From contig JBDNCJ010000002.1 of NCBI GenBank assembly GCA_046719715.1, forward strand, positions 17,646 to 81,645: 64,000 nucleotides of DNA. Direction: 5' to 3'. Positions 17,052 through 27,468 of the stretch are shown here, piece after piece. The notes under the pieces were generated by a model. That model was not told where the DNA came from. It ran no database searches and was given only the letters and a program-made list of their open reading frames with translations. The stretch's first letter is position 1, and each line of letters opens with the position of its first letter. This DNA is from Chloroherpetonaceae bacterium. Its GTDB lineage: Bacteria > Bacteroidota > Chlorobiia > Chlorobiales > Thermochlorobacteraceae. Position numbers and translations under genes: made by a program.

Positions 17052-19793
17052 ATGAGGAGGTTCTCTATGAATTCACTGCTTAAGCCCGCCATTCGGCTCG
17101 CAATCGGACTTCTCGTCCTTTTGCTTTTCTCTTCACTTTCGGCGTCGGCGCAAGCCACTGCGGATAGGCAACTTAAAGTTGTGTTCGGCGACGCGGTTGA
17201 GGGCAAGCCGTTGGAAATTCGGATCTCTTCGCCGGTCGGGGCGCAAGTCGACCGAGCGGTTGTTCGTTACAAAAATTTCGGCATTTCCGAGTATCGGTTT
17301 ATTGAAGCACAGCCGCAAGGCAACGATTTTGTCGGCACGATTCCCGCCAATTACGTCATTGCGCCCTCGATTGATTTTTATGTCGTCGCAGTCTTGCGCG
17401 ATAACACACAAGTAACTTTTCCATTTTTAACACCGATTCAAACGCCGGCAAATATCACCGTTCGCCCACTTCCTGAAGACCCGAACCTTGTGGTGATTTC
17501 GCCTTCAAAAGACGAAACCGTGCGTCCCGAAGACGCAGTGATTTCGTTTTCGTATTACACGATTAGCGAAAAAGTCAGCAAAGAAAAATCACAGTTGTTT
17601 GTCGATGGAAAAGACGTGACGAAGAAAGCCATTTTCAGCGAAAATCTTGTAACCTACATTCCCGATGAGCCGCCGAAGCCGGGACCGCTTCGCGCCGAAT
17701 TTATCGCTCGCGACGCACGCGGCGTTGAACTCGGTAGGACCAGCACGTTTTTCAGAGTGAGTGCCGCTCCGAAAAGCACGCTCGATGAAGCCAAGCGCGA
17801 GTCGCAACTCACCTACAACACGCAAAGCTGGGTGGAAACGCGCCAAGAAAATGTCGGCGATACGAGCATTTTCTACGCACGCGGAAATCTCAATGCGGAA
17901 ATGGTTTATAACGACTGGCTCCGCGTCGGAACGAACATTTATGTAACCAACGAAGAAGATAAACTTCGCCAGCCCGCCAATCGATTCCTCTTCAAAGTCA
18001 ATACCGACTACTTCGACGTTCAAGTCGGCGATATTTTTCCCGATTACAACTTTTATCTTTCAAACGGTGTGCGCGTGCGCGGCTATGAACTGAGTGCGAA
18101 ACTTGCCGGCATGCGCTTTGCCACTACGCAAGGCGACGCCGCTCGCGAGATTCAACCGCAGTTCGGTGCAACGCGCGTTATATCCATCACTCAACCCGAT
18201 TCCATTGTCCAAGCCGAACTTGAGGGCTTCATTTTGGTTGATTCAACCAATACAACAAAAACCTACAAGCAACTTTTAGCCCCGGGCGCATTCCGACGTA
18301 ATTACTTCACCGCTGTTGGCGGATTTTTCAGCAAGGTTTTTCGCTTGGAACTGCAATACCTCAAAGTCAAAGACCAAATTAATGAAACCCGCCTCGATGC
18401 GCGCGGCGTGCGTCCCGAAGAAAGTGTTGGCTTCGGTAGCAGTTTGAGAATTACGCCCGTTCCAAATGTGTTTGACCTTTATGGCGATATTGCCGTCGGC
18501 GGATTCAATTCGGATATCACGGGCGGCTCACTCAGTGCAGGACAAGTGGCACAACTTTTAGGAAAGAAGGGACAAGACAGCGTTAATTTCGTGAATGATT
18601 TAGAGCGTTTTCCCGGCGGCTATGAGCGGCTACGCAATTTCATCACGGTCAATCCCAACCTCGCCTTCCCGACACCACTTGGAAGTGCAACCGCTTGGCG
18701 TACGGGCACAACGCTCAACAACAACTTCGGCTCTTGGGGCAATTTTTTCAAAGTGGAGTATGTGCGTCAAGGGGCGAACTTTCGCTCGCTCGGACTCGCG
18801 TTTTATCAGCCCGACATCGCCGGCATTCGCATCAACGACCGCCTTCGCCTGCTCAACAGCCGATTGCTTCTCTCTTTTGGGTATGAAAGCTTGACTGACA
18901 ACCTCAACGAGCAACGAAACATTGAAACGCAATTAGGTCAAACGATTGACGGAACGACCACGCGCAACTTGCTTTCGCTCGGCGCTTCCGTTTTTCCGGG
19001 CATCAATTTGCCCTCCGTTCGATTGGAGTATCGTCGCCAAAGCAACGTCAATGAAATTCCGGCTTCCTACCGCGACTCCATTCGCATCGATAATGTTACG
19101 CCCGCCTTCGTCGGTTCTCGAAGCGCGCTCGGCACGCAGATTGATAACGTAACAAACACGTTCAACTTCGACGTGCAACAAACCTTTAATCTCAAAAACT
19201 CCAAAACGCTTCAACTCGGCTTCAACACCGTGTTCTCGAATCGGGACGAGAACCGCGATTTGAGTGCGTTAAACACCACCTTCGACACCACCCGAAACAC
19301 GGCGATTTTACTGGGTAACATCTACTTTTCGCCGTCGGAACTGCTCTCCGTTACGTCTCAAAAGTTTTCAAGCCGCACGATTTCGCTCAACGGCACGCTG
19401 ACTTTTGCCAATTCGCTCCGCATCAACGGCGGAATTTCCAATCAAAGTAGTGAATTCGTAACCGGTGTATTTCTCGACACCAACGCCGCGCTCGGCAAGG
19501 TTACGCGCCGCGAGTCCTTAGTTGCGCAAACCTTTAACTCGCTCGATGCCGGCGTCGGCTACGGCTTTCTGAACAACACGCTTCGTCCGACGGTTCGCAC
19601 TTCAATCACCTTCGGCGATTTCAGCCGAACGCTCGTCGGTGTCAGCACGATTTACGACATCACGCCGACGCAAAACTTGACCGCCGACCTGAACTTTTTT
19701 ATCGTTGGCGAAAAAGAAGCCAACGGCGTGAAGGTGGCGAGTTCAACTGACATTATCGCCTCCGTGCGATACCAAATTCTTCTCGGAAACTAA
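17052..19793 (+). CDS. Large exported protein, probable outer-membrane beta-barrel with N-terminal Ig-like domains
   Basis: Signal peptide; alternating amphipathic beta-strands in the C-terminal two thirds. Confidence 0.65.
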   Translation: MRRFSMNSLLKPAIRLAIGLLVLLLFSSLSASAQATADRQLKVVFGDAVEGKPLEIRISSPVGAQVDRAVVRYKNFGISEYRFIEAQPQGNDFVGTIPANYVIAPSIDFYVVAVLRDNTQVTFPFLTPIQTPANITVRPLPEDPNLVVISPSKDETVRPEDAVISFSYYTISEKVSKEKSQLFVDGKDVTKKAIFSENLVTYIPDEPPKPGPLRAEFIARDARGVELGRTSTFFRVSAAPKSTLDEAKRESQLTYNTQSWVETRQENVGDTSIFYARGNLNAEMVYNDWLRVGTNIYVTNEEDKLRQPANRFLFKVNTDYFDVQVGDIFPDYNFYLSNGVRVRGYELSAKLAGMRFATTQGDAAREIQPQFGATRVISITQPDSIVQAELEGFILVDSTNTTKTYKQLLAPGAFRRNYFTAVGGFFSKVFRLELQYLKVKDQINETRLDARGVRPEESVGFGSSLRITPVPNVFDLYGDIAVGGFNSDITGGSLSAGQVAQLLGKKGQDSVNFVNDLERFPGGYERLRNFITVNPNLAFPTPLGSATAWRTGTTLNNNFGSWGNFFKVEYVRQGANFRSLGLAFYQPDIAGIRINDRLRLLNSRLLLSFGYESLTDNLNEQRNIETQLGQTIDGTTTRNLLSLGASVFPGINLPSVRLEYRRQSNVNEIPASYRDSIRIDNVTPAFVGSRSALGTQIDNVTNTFNFDVQQTFNLKNSKTLQLGFNTVFSNRDENRDLSALNTTFDTTRNTAILLGNIYFSPSELLSVTSQKFSSRTISLNGTLTFANSLRINGGISNQSSEFVTGVFLDTNAALGKVTRRESLVAQTFNSLDAGVGYGFLNNTLRPTVRTSITFGDFSRTLVGVSTIYDITPTQNLTADLNFFIVGEKEANGVKVASSTDIIASVRYQILLGN

Positions 19794-19905
19794 CTTGACC
19801 AACAAGTCCGTTTATCATTTGCTCATTCGTCCCCTTCAAGCAAGATGGTTCAAGCCGATGAAGCGAGACGCACGAGCAGTTGATTATCTTTGAAAGGAGA
19901 TTTCA

Positions 19906-21231
19906 ATGAACTTTAATCCGAATAAATTCACACTTCGCGCACAGGAAGCCGTGCAAACAGCTGCAGAAAAAGCGGCAGGACTTCAACATCAGCAAATCGA
20001 ACCAGAACATTTACTTCTGGCGATGCTCTCCGATAAGAATAATATCGCTTATCAACTTTCAGAAAAGTTAGGGCTTCAAACCGAACAAGTGGTCGCTGTT
20101 TTGGAGCGTCAGCTTGACCGCTTTCCCAAAGTTTCCGGCGCGTCCGTTTCGGGACAATACATGTCGCAAAATCTCGCTAAGGTCTTTGACCTTGCCGCCG
20201 CACAAGCCGAGAAGTTGAAGGACGATTACATCAGTTCGGAACATTTATTGATTGCGATGCTGGAATCGGGACAAACTGTTTCCAAAATTTTGAAAGATGC
20301 CGGCGCAACAACCGACGGCGTGCTCAAAGCCCTCGCCACGATTCGCGGCTCGCAACGAATCACCGATCCTAACGCCGAAGACCGATACAACGCGCTCAAA
20401 AAATACGCCCGCGATTTAAACGACCTCGCCCGCAAAGGCAAGCTCGACCCCGTCATCGGGCGCGACGAAGAAATCCGTCGCGTGCTCCAAATTCTTTCGC
20501 GTCGCACGAAAAATAATCCCGTCTTGATTGGCGAGCCGGGCGTGGGTAAAACCGCCATCGCCGAAGGCATTGCCCAGCGCATCATTGGCGGCGATGTGCC
20601 CGAAAATTTGAAGTCGAAGCAAATTCACGCGCTCGATATCGCCCAACTCGTTGCAGGCACAAAGTTCAGAGGCGAGTTCGAAGAACGCTTAAAAGCCGTT
20701 GTGCGCGAGGTTCAAGATTCCAATGGCGACGTCGTGCTGTTTATCGATGAAATCCATCTGCTCGTCGGCGCAGGCGGCGCGGAAGGTGCGGTCGATGCCG
20801 CCAACATCTTGAAGCCGGCTCTGGCGCGCGGCGAACTCCGCTGTATCGGCGCAACAACCCTCGACGAGTATAGAAAATACATTGAAAAGGACGCCGCGTT
20901 GGAACGCCGATTTCAAACCGTTTTCGTCGCCGAACCCAGCGTTGAAGACACCGTTTCCATTTTGCGCGGCTTGAAAGAGAAATACGAAATTCATCACGGC
21001 GTTAGAATTACCGACGGTGCGATTGTCGCCGCAGCAGAACTTTCCAACCGCTATATCTCCGACCGCTTTTTGCCCGATAAAGCCATTGATTTAATTGATG
21101 AAGCCTCTGCAAAACTGCGTTTGGAAATTGACAGCGTTCCCGAAGCATTGGATAAAATCAATCGTGAAATCCGCCGCCTTGAAATTGAGCGCGAAGCGTT
21201 GAAGCGAGAGTTAGAAGCCGAAAAAGCTTAA
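19906..21231 (+). CDS. clpB: ClpB-like AAA+ protein, N-domain plus first AAA module only (441 aa)
   Basis: Clp N-domain, [13 protein letters not shown], Walker A GEPGVGKT, Walker [22 protein letters not shown]; stops at the start of the middle coiled coil. Confidence 0.85.
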   Translation: MNFNPNKFTLRAQEAVQTAAEKAAGLQHQQIEPEHLLLAMLSDKNNIAYQLSEKLGLQTEQVVAVLERQLDRFPKVSGASVSGQYMSQNLAKVFDLAAAQAEKLKDDYISSEHLLIAMLESGQTVSKILKDAGATTDGVLKALATIRGSQRITDPNAEDRYNALKKYARDLNDLARKGKLDPVIGRDEEIRRVLQILSRRTKNNPVLIGEPGVGKTAIAEGIAQRIIGGDVPENLKSKQIHALDIAQLVAGTKFRGEFEERLKAVVREVQDSNGDVVLFIDEIHLLVGAGGAEGAVDAANILKPALARGELRCIGATTLDEYRKYIEKDAALERRFQTVFVAEPSVEDTVSILRGLKEKYEIHHGVRITDGAIVAAAELSNRYISDRFLPDKAIDLIDEASAKLRLEIDSVPEALDKINREIRRLEIEREALKRELEAEKA

Positions 21232-21290
21232 ACACCCTGCCTGACACTTTTATCAAAATTGATTAAAGATGATAGGGTTTTTCAAAAACA

Positions 21291-21364
21291 GTCATTCCGA
21301 GCGAAGCGAGGAATCCACTTGACGAACTCGGCGAGGCTCGCTTATGGATTCTTCCCCTTCACTC
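21291..21364. repeat. REP-like palindromic element, copy B (opposite orientation)
   Basis: GTCATTCCGAGCGAAGCGAGGAATCC...GGATTCTTCCCCTTCACT. Confidence 0.75.
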
Positions 21365-21381
21365 TATCTTTATGATGCTCA

Positions 21382-23241
21382 ATGTTTTTTCGCCTTGCCT
21401 TTTTCGCGCTTTTCCTGCCTGCTCTTTGCAAAGCACAAACGCTTTCTAACACCTCGTTTGAACGCTTTCTAAACACTTATTTTTGGAAGGGTAATTATTT
21501 TTCCTCTCATCAACTCGGCGTTTGGACGCTTACGGCGAATAACAATTTTCAATCCACCCTTATCAATCTCAGCGAGCGAGCCTTGCGCGATGAAAACGAG
21601 TTTAGTTTTATTCTCTCCCGACCCTTCTATGCACGGTCTCAACTTCATTTAGAAGGCTCAAATTATTTTCTTTCCGATAATCGCAGTTTATTTCGTAACA
21701 GTGCGGTTTCTAATCGCGTCGCACTCGGCGTTTCTTCACGTCCTTCCGATTGGTCTGTTCTCGAAGCCAACGGCGGATTTAAAGCCGAGCGACAGGTCAA
21801 TCAGTTCAACTCAGGATTCATTTACGCACTTCGGGGAGAGTTACTCGGCTATCAATTTTCTAATTTTGAACTCTCCTCACGCGTGAATCTTTCACAAGAG
21901 TTTTTAGAGCCGCGCAGAAATAAAGATAAAGGCATTATTCTCTCTCTCAATCAAAAATATAATCGTGCGGAACTGCTCCTTTCAGGCGGCATGAGCGAGG
22001 AGCGGCGGGATTATTTTTCAAATGTTCTGGCTTCACAAGAGCCGACGACCGTCGTAGAACGGCGAATAGAGCAAAATTTTTATACGATTGACAGCCTTTC
22101 GTATCGAACTTTTTCCAACCTGACCACGCGGGCAAAAGTAGAACTTCGCAGGCGAGTGATTATTCGCGAAAATAGTCAACAGTTTTCCGACCTAACCAAT
22201 GCCGTTTATGACAATGAAATCGAGCAACTTCGCCTCTTTACCGACGCGGGCGTTATGTTTGAATCCTCATCGTTTCAAACGTTTGCAGGCGTTTTATTTC
22301 AGCAACAATCTGAAAGTTATCGTCCGATAAATGCGTTCTCTGGAAATCCAATCGCGATTACTAGGGAGCAGTTTCGCAATAATTCTTTTCAAGTCGCGAC
22401 GCTTTATTTGTCGTCAATTTGGAGGCACTTCAATGCTGTTGGAGATACCGTGCATTATTTTTTTGTTTCCGCACAGATGCGCGGATTTCGCTACGATACG
22501 CCCGACACCACGAACACCGACGACCGCGACGAAGTCAGTTACGCGCTTACGATTTCCGATAGCCTTCGCCTCAATCGTTATTTTGGATTGCGTCTTGTTG
22601 GTTCGTTTGCAACAACGAACAATGTTTTTATTTCCCGCGAGCGGAGCGCAAATAACACCAAGAACTATATTTTGAGATTTTCGCCGACGACGGTCTGGCG
22701 CGTCCCGAAAAAAATTGAGAGCGTCAATGAATTCGGCGTGCTGGCGAACTATACGGTTTATGATTTTGAAATCGGCTCGCAAACTCGAAGTTTTTCATTC
22801 CGACAATTTTCGTTTTTAGATTCTACGCAATTCTTTTTGAATGAAACCATTACTCTGAAATTTCTCTACGAACAGCGTCTTTACGAGCGCGGCGAGCTTT
22901 TTTGGAACAACTTTGCCGAGCGCCCACTCAGCCGATTCAACGACCGCTCTCTATCGTTTGAAATAGAGGCTCGATATGCGTCGCTTGTGAGTTCTTTTGG
23001 AATTAGAATTTTCGCGCGCAGTCAATCAAATTTTCAAACCCGTCCCAAAACTGATGAGGTTGAAATCATTGAATTACCGCTACCGAACTTGCTTTATATT
23101 GGTCCGACGGCGCGACTTTCATACCGCCCGTCGCAATCCGTTGAATTTGAAACAAGCGGCTGGTATCAGGTTGAACGATTGGGAAGCCAAACCGTTCAAA
23201 TTTTTCCGAACTTTCACCTTTCAGTCAAAGCCCTTTTTTGA
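21382..23241 (+). CDS. Hypothetical outer-membrane beta-barrel protein
   Basis: Signal peptide, aromatic-rich beta-strands, C-terminal Phe. Confidence 0.65.
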   Translation: MFFRLAFFALFLPALCKAQTLSNTSFERFLNTYFWKGNYFSSHQLGVWTLTANNNFQSTLINLSERALRDENEFSFILSRPFYARSQLHLEGSNYFLSDNRSLFRNSAVSNRVALGVSSRPSDWSVLEANGGFKAERQVNQFNSGFIYALRGELLGYQFSNFELSSRVNLSQEFLEPRRNKDKGIILSLNQKYNRAELLLSGGMSEERRDYFSNVLASQEPTTVVERRIEQNFYTIDSLSYRTFSNLTTRAKVELRRRVIIRENSQQFSDLTNAVYDNEIEQLRLFTDAGVMFESSSFQTFAGVLFQQQSESYRPINAFSGNPIAITREQFRNNSFQVATLYLSSIWRHFNAVGDTVHYFFVSAQMRGFRYDTPDTTNTDDRDEVSYALTISDSLRLNRYFGLRLVGSFATTNNVFISRERSANNTKNYILRFSPTTVWRVPKKIESVNEFGVLANYTVYDFEIGSQTRSFSFRQFSFLDSTQFFLNETITLKFLYEQRLYERGELFWNNFAERPLSRFNDRSLSFEIEARYASLVSSFGIRIFARSQSNFQTRPKTDEVEIIELPLPNLLYIGPTARLSYRPSQSVEFETSGWYQVERLGSQTVQIFPNFHLSVKALF

Positions 23242-24131
23242 TGAAAACTGACAAACTTATTTACAGCATTTTTCAGGAGTCGCCAGAAACGGCATTAGCA
23301 TTACTTGGCTACGACGAGGCACTTTCATCGCATTATACCTTCCAATCGATTGAGGTCAAAGAAAAGTCTTATCGAATTGATGGCGTACTTTTGCCTGATT
23401 CGCCCGACCTGCCGGTCATTATTTTGGAAGTTCAATTTCAGGCAGACGACTTTATTTACGAGCGCATTCTTTCGGAGACTCTGATTTTCAGAGCACAGAA
23501 TCGGCAGCTGCCGCAAACGCAAATGGTCGTGATGTTTGCTTCGCGCAGTCTGGATAAAGGTGCAGGCATGTTTGAGCCGCTCGTTTCATCGGGCGCAATT
23601 CGTCCGATTTACCTCAATGAAGTCCTGAACGACGAAATGCGCAATCTTGGACAGATGTTGCTTCAACTGACGGTAAAAAGGTCCAGTCTTTCTGCCGACC
23701 TTGAAATCGCAAAAGCATTCAAACAGCTTTTGGATAAGCCTGAAATGACTCAAACCCGCAGACGCTTTTTCTTGAACCTATTAATTAACTTATTTTTGGA
23801 AAAGCACGAACCTTTAACCTATCAGGAGCTGGAAACGATGATTGAAATGGAAGAAATTTTTGACTTCTCGAACAACCGTCTCGTGCACGACATTGCACGC
23901 CACACGATTGCGCCTGAAATTGCCAAAGAGATGGCAAAGGATATCGCAAGGGATATGGCAAAGGATATCGCAAGGGATATGGCAAAGGATATCGCAAAGG
24001 ATATGGCAATTGCGATTGCACTTGAAAGCAAGTTGGCAGAAATTCCAGCCCTCCGCCGATTTGGTTTAACGAATGAGCAGATTGCAGAGGCTTTGAAACT
24101 TCCTCTCGAAGACGTTCAGCGCGTTCAATGA
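23238..24131 (+). CDS. Rpn family (DUF2887, PD-(D/E)XK) nuclease
   Basis: MKTDKLIY...F.SIEVKE..YRIDG...LEVQFQ.D..IY.R motif; 4-aa repeat tract and HTH-like tail. Confidence 0.85.
   Translation: MMKTDKLIYSIFQESPETALALLGYDEALSSHYTFQSIEVKEKSYRIDGVLLPDSPDLPVIILEVQFQADDFIYERILSETLIFRAQNRQLPQTQMVVMFASRSLDKGAGMFEPLVSSGAIRPIYLNEVLNDEMRNLGQMLLQLTVKRSSLSADLEIAKAFKQLLDKPEMTQTRRRFFLNLLINLFLEKHEPLTYQELETMIEMEEIFDFSNNRLVHDIARHTIAPEIAKEMAKDIARDMAKDIARDMAKDIAKDMAIAIALESKLAEIPALRRFGLTNEQIAEALKLPLEDVQRVQ
23916..24011 (+). repeat. In-frame 12-nt tandem repeat (GATAT(C/G)GCAA(A/G)G), about 8 units
   Basis: Encodes EIAK/EMAK/DIAR/DMAK units in the Rpn C-terminal region. Confidence 0.9.
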
Positions 24132-24667
24132 CATTTCAAAAGTTGCGCGGCGAAGAGATGAATCGCCTTTCGCCTGAAGCCTTCCGTTCCGCTGAAAAAT
24201 TTCCGATTTATGTTTTGCTCCAAAACATTCGCTCGATGTGGAACGTCGGTGCGATTTTTCGCTCATGCGATGCGGCGCGAATTGAAAAGGTCATTATCAC
24301 AGGATACACTGCCACACCACCACGCAAAGAAATTGATAAAACCGCACTTGGCGCCACAGAGTGGGTCGCATGGGAATACATTCAAAATCCGATTGAAGCA
24401 ATTTCCCAACTTAAATCTAACGGCGTAACCATCGCCGCGCTTGAACTCACCACACATTCAACGCCTTACGATTCGCTTTCACAAACGCACTTCCCGCTTT
24501 GCTTGATTGTTGGAAACGAAGTTTCAGGCATTGACGACGACGTTTTGGCGCAGTGCGACCTCTCGCTCGAAATTCCTCAATATGGCGTCAAACACTCGCT
24601 CAATGCCGCCGTCTCCGTCGGAATCGCGCTCTACGAACTCATCAAAGCTTCACAAAGAATTGTTTGA
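24128..24667 (+). CDS. TrmH/SpoU family RNA methyltransferase
   Basis: NIRSMWNVGAIFRS, VGNEVSG and IPQYGVKHSLNAAVS SPOUT motifs. Confidence 0.92.
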   Translation: MTFQKLRGEEMNRLSPEAFRSAEKFPIYVLLQNIRSMWNVGAIFRSCDAARIEKVIITGYTATPPRKEIDKTALGATEWVAWEYIQNPIEAISQLKSNGVTIAALELTTHSTPYDSLSQTHFPLCLIVGNEVSGIDDDVLAQCDLSLEIPQYGVKHSLNAAVSVGIALYELIKASQRIV

Positions 24668-25754
24668 TGTTGCAAGATTGATTACGTTTGAAAAACGTTC
24701 TTCACCATCAATGCCCATACTTTGCAACTACTACCTAACCTACCGATGCAACGCTGAATGTGGCTTTTGCGACATTTGGCAGAAACCAAGCCCATTTGTC
24801 AAACTAAGCGATGTTGAAACCAACCTTCGCGACCTCAAGCGGCTTGGCGTGAAGTTCATTGACTTCACCGGCGGAGAACCGCTCCTGCATCGCGACCTTC
24901 CCGACATTCTCGCCCTTGCCAAACGCATGGGGTTCGTTACAAGCATTACAACCAATACACTTCTCTATCCGAAATACGCCAAAGTCCTCGCCGGCAAAAT
25001 TGACTTGTTACACTTCTCGTTGGACTCCGCCTACCAAGAAAAGCACGACCAATCGCGCGGCGTCAAATGCTTCGATAAAATTTTGGAAAGCATTGATGTT
25101 GCACAATCGCTTGGTGAACACCCCGATGTCATCTTCACCGTTCAAGCAGGCAACTATGAAGAACTCCCTGTTGTGTATGAAACGCTCTCGCGCCCGAACC
25201 GCTTGATGCTCATTCTCAATCCGATTTTTCAATACGGCACATTTTTCACCGCCGAACAAACGGAAGCGATGTTTGAGTATGTGCTGGATTTTTCAAAAAA
25301 GCCGTTGGTGTATATGAACGCGGCATTTATCGCGCTTCGTCGTGATGGTGGAAATCGCACAAGCAAACCCGTCTGTAAAGCCGTCTCCGAAGTCGTCGTT
25401 ATTTCGCCGTCAAACGAAATGATTCTGCCGTGCTATCACGCCGGATATAAAAAACAGTCGATTGAAAATCGTTTGTATGATTTGCGGCAATCGCCGCTGC
25501 TTCAAGAGGAGATGAAGATGGAAGGTCGGCACGAGTTCTGCGAAGGCTGCACGGTCAATTGCTACTTTGAGCCGAGTTTTGCAACCCATTTTTCCAAATA
25601 CTTTTGGATTGCGCTTCCTTCAAAAACGCGATACATTTACCACAAACTTTTTGCGCAACGCCTTTTGTGGCGATACATCAAAGGTCGCTTGAAATACTTC
25701 CTTGAATCATTGCTGTTGAAACGCAACCTTCATTCCGCTTCTGCGCCGATTTGA
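24660..25754 (+). CDS. Radical SAM protein with SPASM/twitch-like C-terminus
   Basis: CNAECGFC, FTGGEPLL, C-terminal C...PC...CEGC...C; start uncertain (TTG 24660 or ATG 24711). Confidence 0.85.
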   Translation: MFDVARLITFEKRSSPSMPILCNYYLTYRCNAECGFCDIWQKPSPFVKLSDVETNLRDLKRLGVKFIDFTGGEPLLHRDLPDILALAKRMGFVTSITTNTLLYPKYAKVLAGKIDLLHFSLDSAYQEKHDQSRGVKCFDKILESIDVAQSLGEHPDVIFTVQAGNYEELPVVYETLSRPNRLMLILNPIFQYGTFFTAEQTEAMFEYVLDFSKKPLVYMNAAFIALRRDGGNRTSKPVCKAVSEVVVISPSNEMILPCYHAGYKKQSIENRLYDLRQSPLLQEEMKMEGRHEFCEGCTVNCYFEPSFATHFSKYFWIALPSKTRYIYHKLFAQRLLWRYIKGRLKYFLESLLLKRNLHSASAPI

Positions 25755-26110
25755 ACAGGTTCAAGTTGCGCCAGTTCTTCATCGCTGAACAGCCGCGATT
25801 TCGTCAGGAATCGCACGCCGAGCGGAATTTCAAGCGAAAAACTCGCCCCCCTTCCTTTGACGACATCAATAATGAGTTGCGTATGCTTCCAGTATTCAAA
25901 TTGTTCGTGCGACATGTAAAACGCACACCCGACAATCTCGCCGAGCTTCACGTCGTTTGAGCCGACGCGATAATCGTTGACAGAAAAACACATCGGCGCA
26001 GAGCCGTCGCAACAGCCTCCGCTTTGGTGAAAGAGCAATTCGCCATGCTCGGCTTTTAATTGCTGAACAACGGCTTCCGCTTCGGGCGTAATGAGCACGC
26101 GTTTGACCAT
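25730..26110 (-). CDS. DUF779 family protein
   Basis: FHQSGGCCDGSAPMC and GRGASFSLE motifs; typical neighbour of aldehyde dehydrogenase genes. Confidence 0.9.
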   Translation of the reverse strand: MVKRVLITPEAEAVVQQLKAEHGELLFHQSGGCCDGSAPMCFSVNDYRVGSNDVKLGEIVGCAFYMSHEQFEYWKHTQLIIDVVKGRGASFSLEIPLGVRFLTKSRLFSDEELAQLEPVQIGAEAE

Positions 26111-26143
26111 ACGCTATAAGGCAATTTGAGTTTGAATGTATCT

Positions 26144-26187
26144 AAAAAACGTCAATGCTGACAGGCATACTCACTGCCAGCATTGAC
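26144..26187 (-). terminator. Stem-loop with U-run after adh
   Basis: GTCAATGCTG.CAG...CTG.CAGCATTGAC preceded by AAAAAA on the plus strand. Confidence 0.65.
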
Positions 26188-26201
26188 TCATTTAGCAATG
26201 C

Positions 26202-27392
26202 TTATGCGGTTGCCACAACGGGCTGTTGTGCATAGGCTTGCTCGAAAATTTCCACGACTTCATGCAGAGTAGGTTGAACGGGATTAGTGAATCCACAAGC
26301 ATCTTTCATTGCGTTCTTCGCCATAATCTCAAAATCCTTCGGTTCTGCCCCAAGCACTTTGAGGTTCAGCGGAATTTCCACCCGTTGTTTGAGTTCGGAA
26401 ATTTCATAGATTAAGCGCATTGCTCTTTCCAATGGCGAGAGCGAACTGTTACCATTCAAGTGATGCAGTTCGTTGTAAATTTCTGCCATTCGCACTGCCG
26501 CGCCGCGCACATTGAAGGTTTCTACCACAGGCAGCAAAATCGCATTACAGACACCGTGCGGATAATCGTAGAATCCACCGAGTTGATGCGCCATCGCATG
26601 CACATATCCCAATCCTGCATTGTTAAACGCAACCCCCGCCATGTATTGCGCATATGCCATCTTCGTTCGGGCTTCAATGTTCTTGCCGTCGTCGTAGGCT
26701 TGGGGCAAATACTTGAAGATGAGCTTGATAGCGGCTAAGGCGTTTGCATCGGTCAGTTGGGTTGCACCGGTCGAGACATATGCTTCAACAGCATGGGTGA
26801 GTGCATCTAAGCCTGTGGCGGCAGTCAGAGACTTGGGCATGCCGACCATTGTTTCGGGGTCATCAATGGCTAACAGCGGCGTAACTTGCCAGTCAATAAT
26901 CGCCATTTTGACTTTTCGACTGGTGTCGGTAATGATTGAAAAACGCGTCATTTCTGCCGCAGTTCCAGCCGTTGTATTGATGCTGAATAACGGTGCCGGA
27001 CGATTGACCACTTTGTTGACCCCTTCATAGTCGTGAATGCGACCTTTGTTCGTTGCCGTTACTGCGACGGCTTTGGCGCAATCGTGCGAACTACCACCGC
27101 CTAATGAAATAATGAGGTCGCACTTGTTGTCTTTATAGACTTGCAGTGCCTCTTCGACGTTCGTATCGGTTGGGTTTGGATGAACGCCACCCCAAAGCGT
27201 TGATGATGCACCCGCTTGTTCAATCAATGACTGCACTTTTTTGGCTAAGTCCGTCTTGGCTAAAAAGCCGTCCGTAATTATCAAGACCGAGCGTGCTTTT
27301 GCGCTTCTGACCTCTTCTGTAAGCGCATTCAGGCTGCCTGCGCCGAACACATACTTATTCGGTGAAAAATGATACACAGCTTGCTGATTCAT
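26202..27392 (-). CDS. Iron-containing (group III) alcohol dehydrogenase, YiaY/Mdh-like
   Basis: GGGSSHDCAK, NTTAGT, DALTHAVE, HAMAHQLGG, HG; AGGAGAG SD precedes ATG 27392. Confidence 0.92.
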   Translation of the reverse strand: MNQQAVYHFSPNKYVFGAGSLNALTEEVRSAKARSVLIITDGFLAKTDLAKKVQSLIEQAGASSTLWGGVHPNPTDTNVEEALQVYKDNKCDLIISLGGGSSHDCAKAVAVTATNKGRIHDYEGVNKVVNRPAPLFSINTTAGTAAEMTRFSIITDTSRKVKMAIIDWQVTPLLAIDDPETMVGMPKSLTAATGLDALTHAVEAYVSTGATQLTDANALAAIKLIFKYLPQAYDDGKNIEARTKMAYAQYMAGVAFNNAGLGYVHAMAHQLGGFYDYPHGVCNAILLPVVETFNVRGAAVRMAEIYNELHHLNGNSSLSPLERAMRLIYEISELKQRVEIPLNLKVLGAEPKDFEIMAKNAMKDACGFTNPVQPTLHEVVEIFEQAYAQQPVVATA

Positions 27393-27423
27393 TGTTACTC
27401 TCCTTTCCTTTTTGTTCATGAGT

Positions 27424-27455
27424 AAAAAAGTGGTAGCCTTTTTTGAGGCTACCAC
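27424..27455 (-). terminator. Stem-loop between aldehyde dehydrogenase and adh
   Basis: GTGGTAGCCT-loop-AGGCTACCAC with a U-run on the minus strand. Confidence 0.7.
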
Positions 27456-27468
27456 CGATTTTGACTTC

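Noticed and set aside
19794-19905. CIRCE/HrcA operator upstream of clpB
   Set aside because: No TTAGCACTC-N9-GAGTGCTAA-like inverted repeat is visible.
24507-24659. Long N-terminal extension of the radical SAM ORF
   Set aside because: It overlaps 160 nt of trmH; a start at 24660 or 24711 is more plausible.
27393-27455. N-terminal extension of adh from GTG 27455
   Set aside because: It lies within a terminator-like hairpin; ATG 27392 has a clear AGGAGAG SD.
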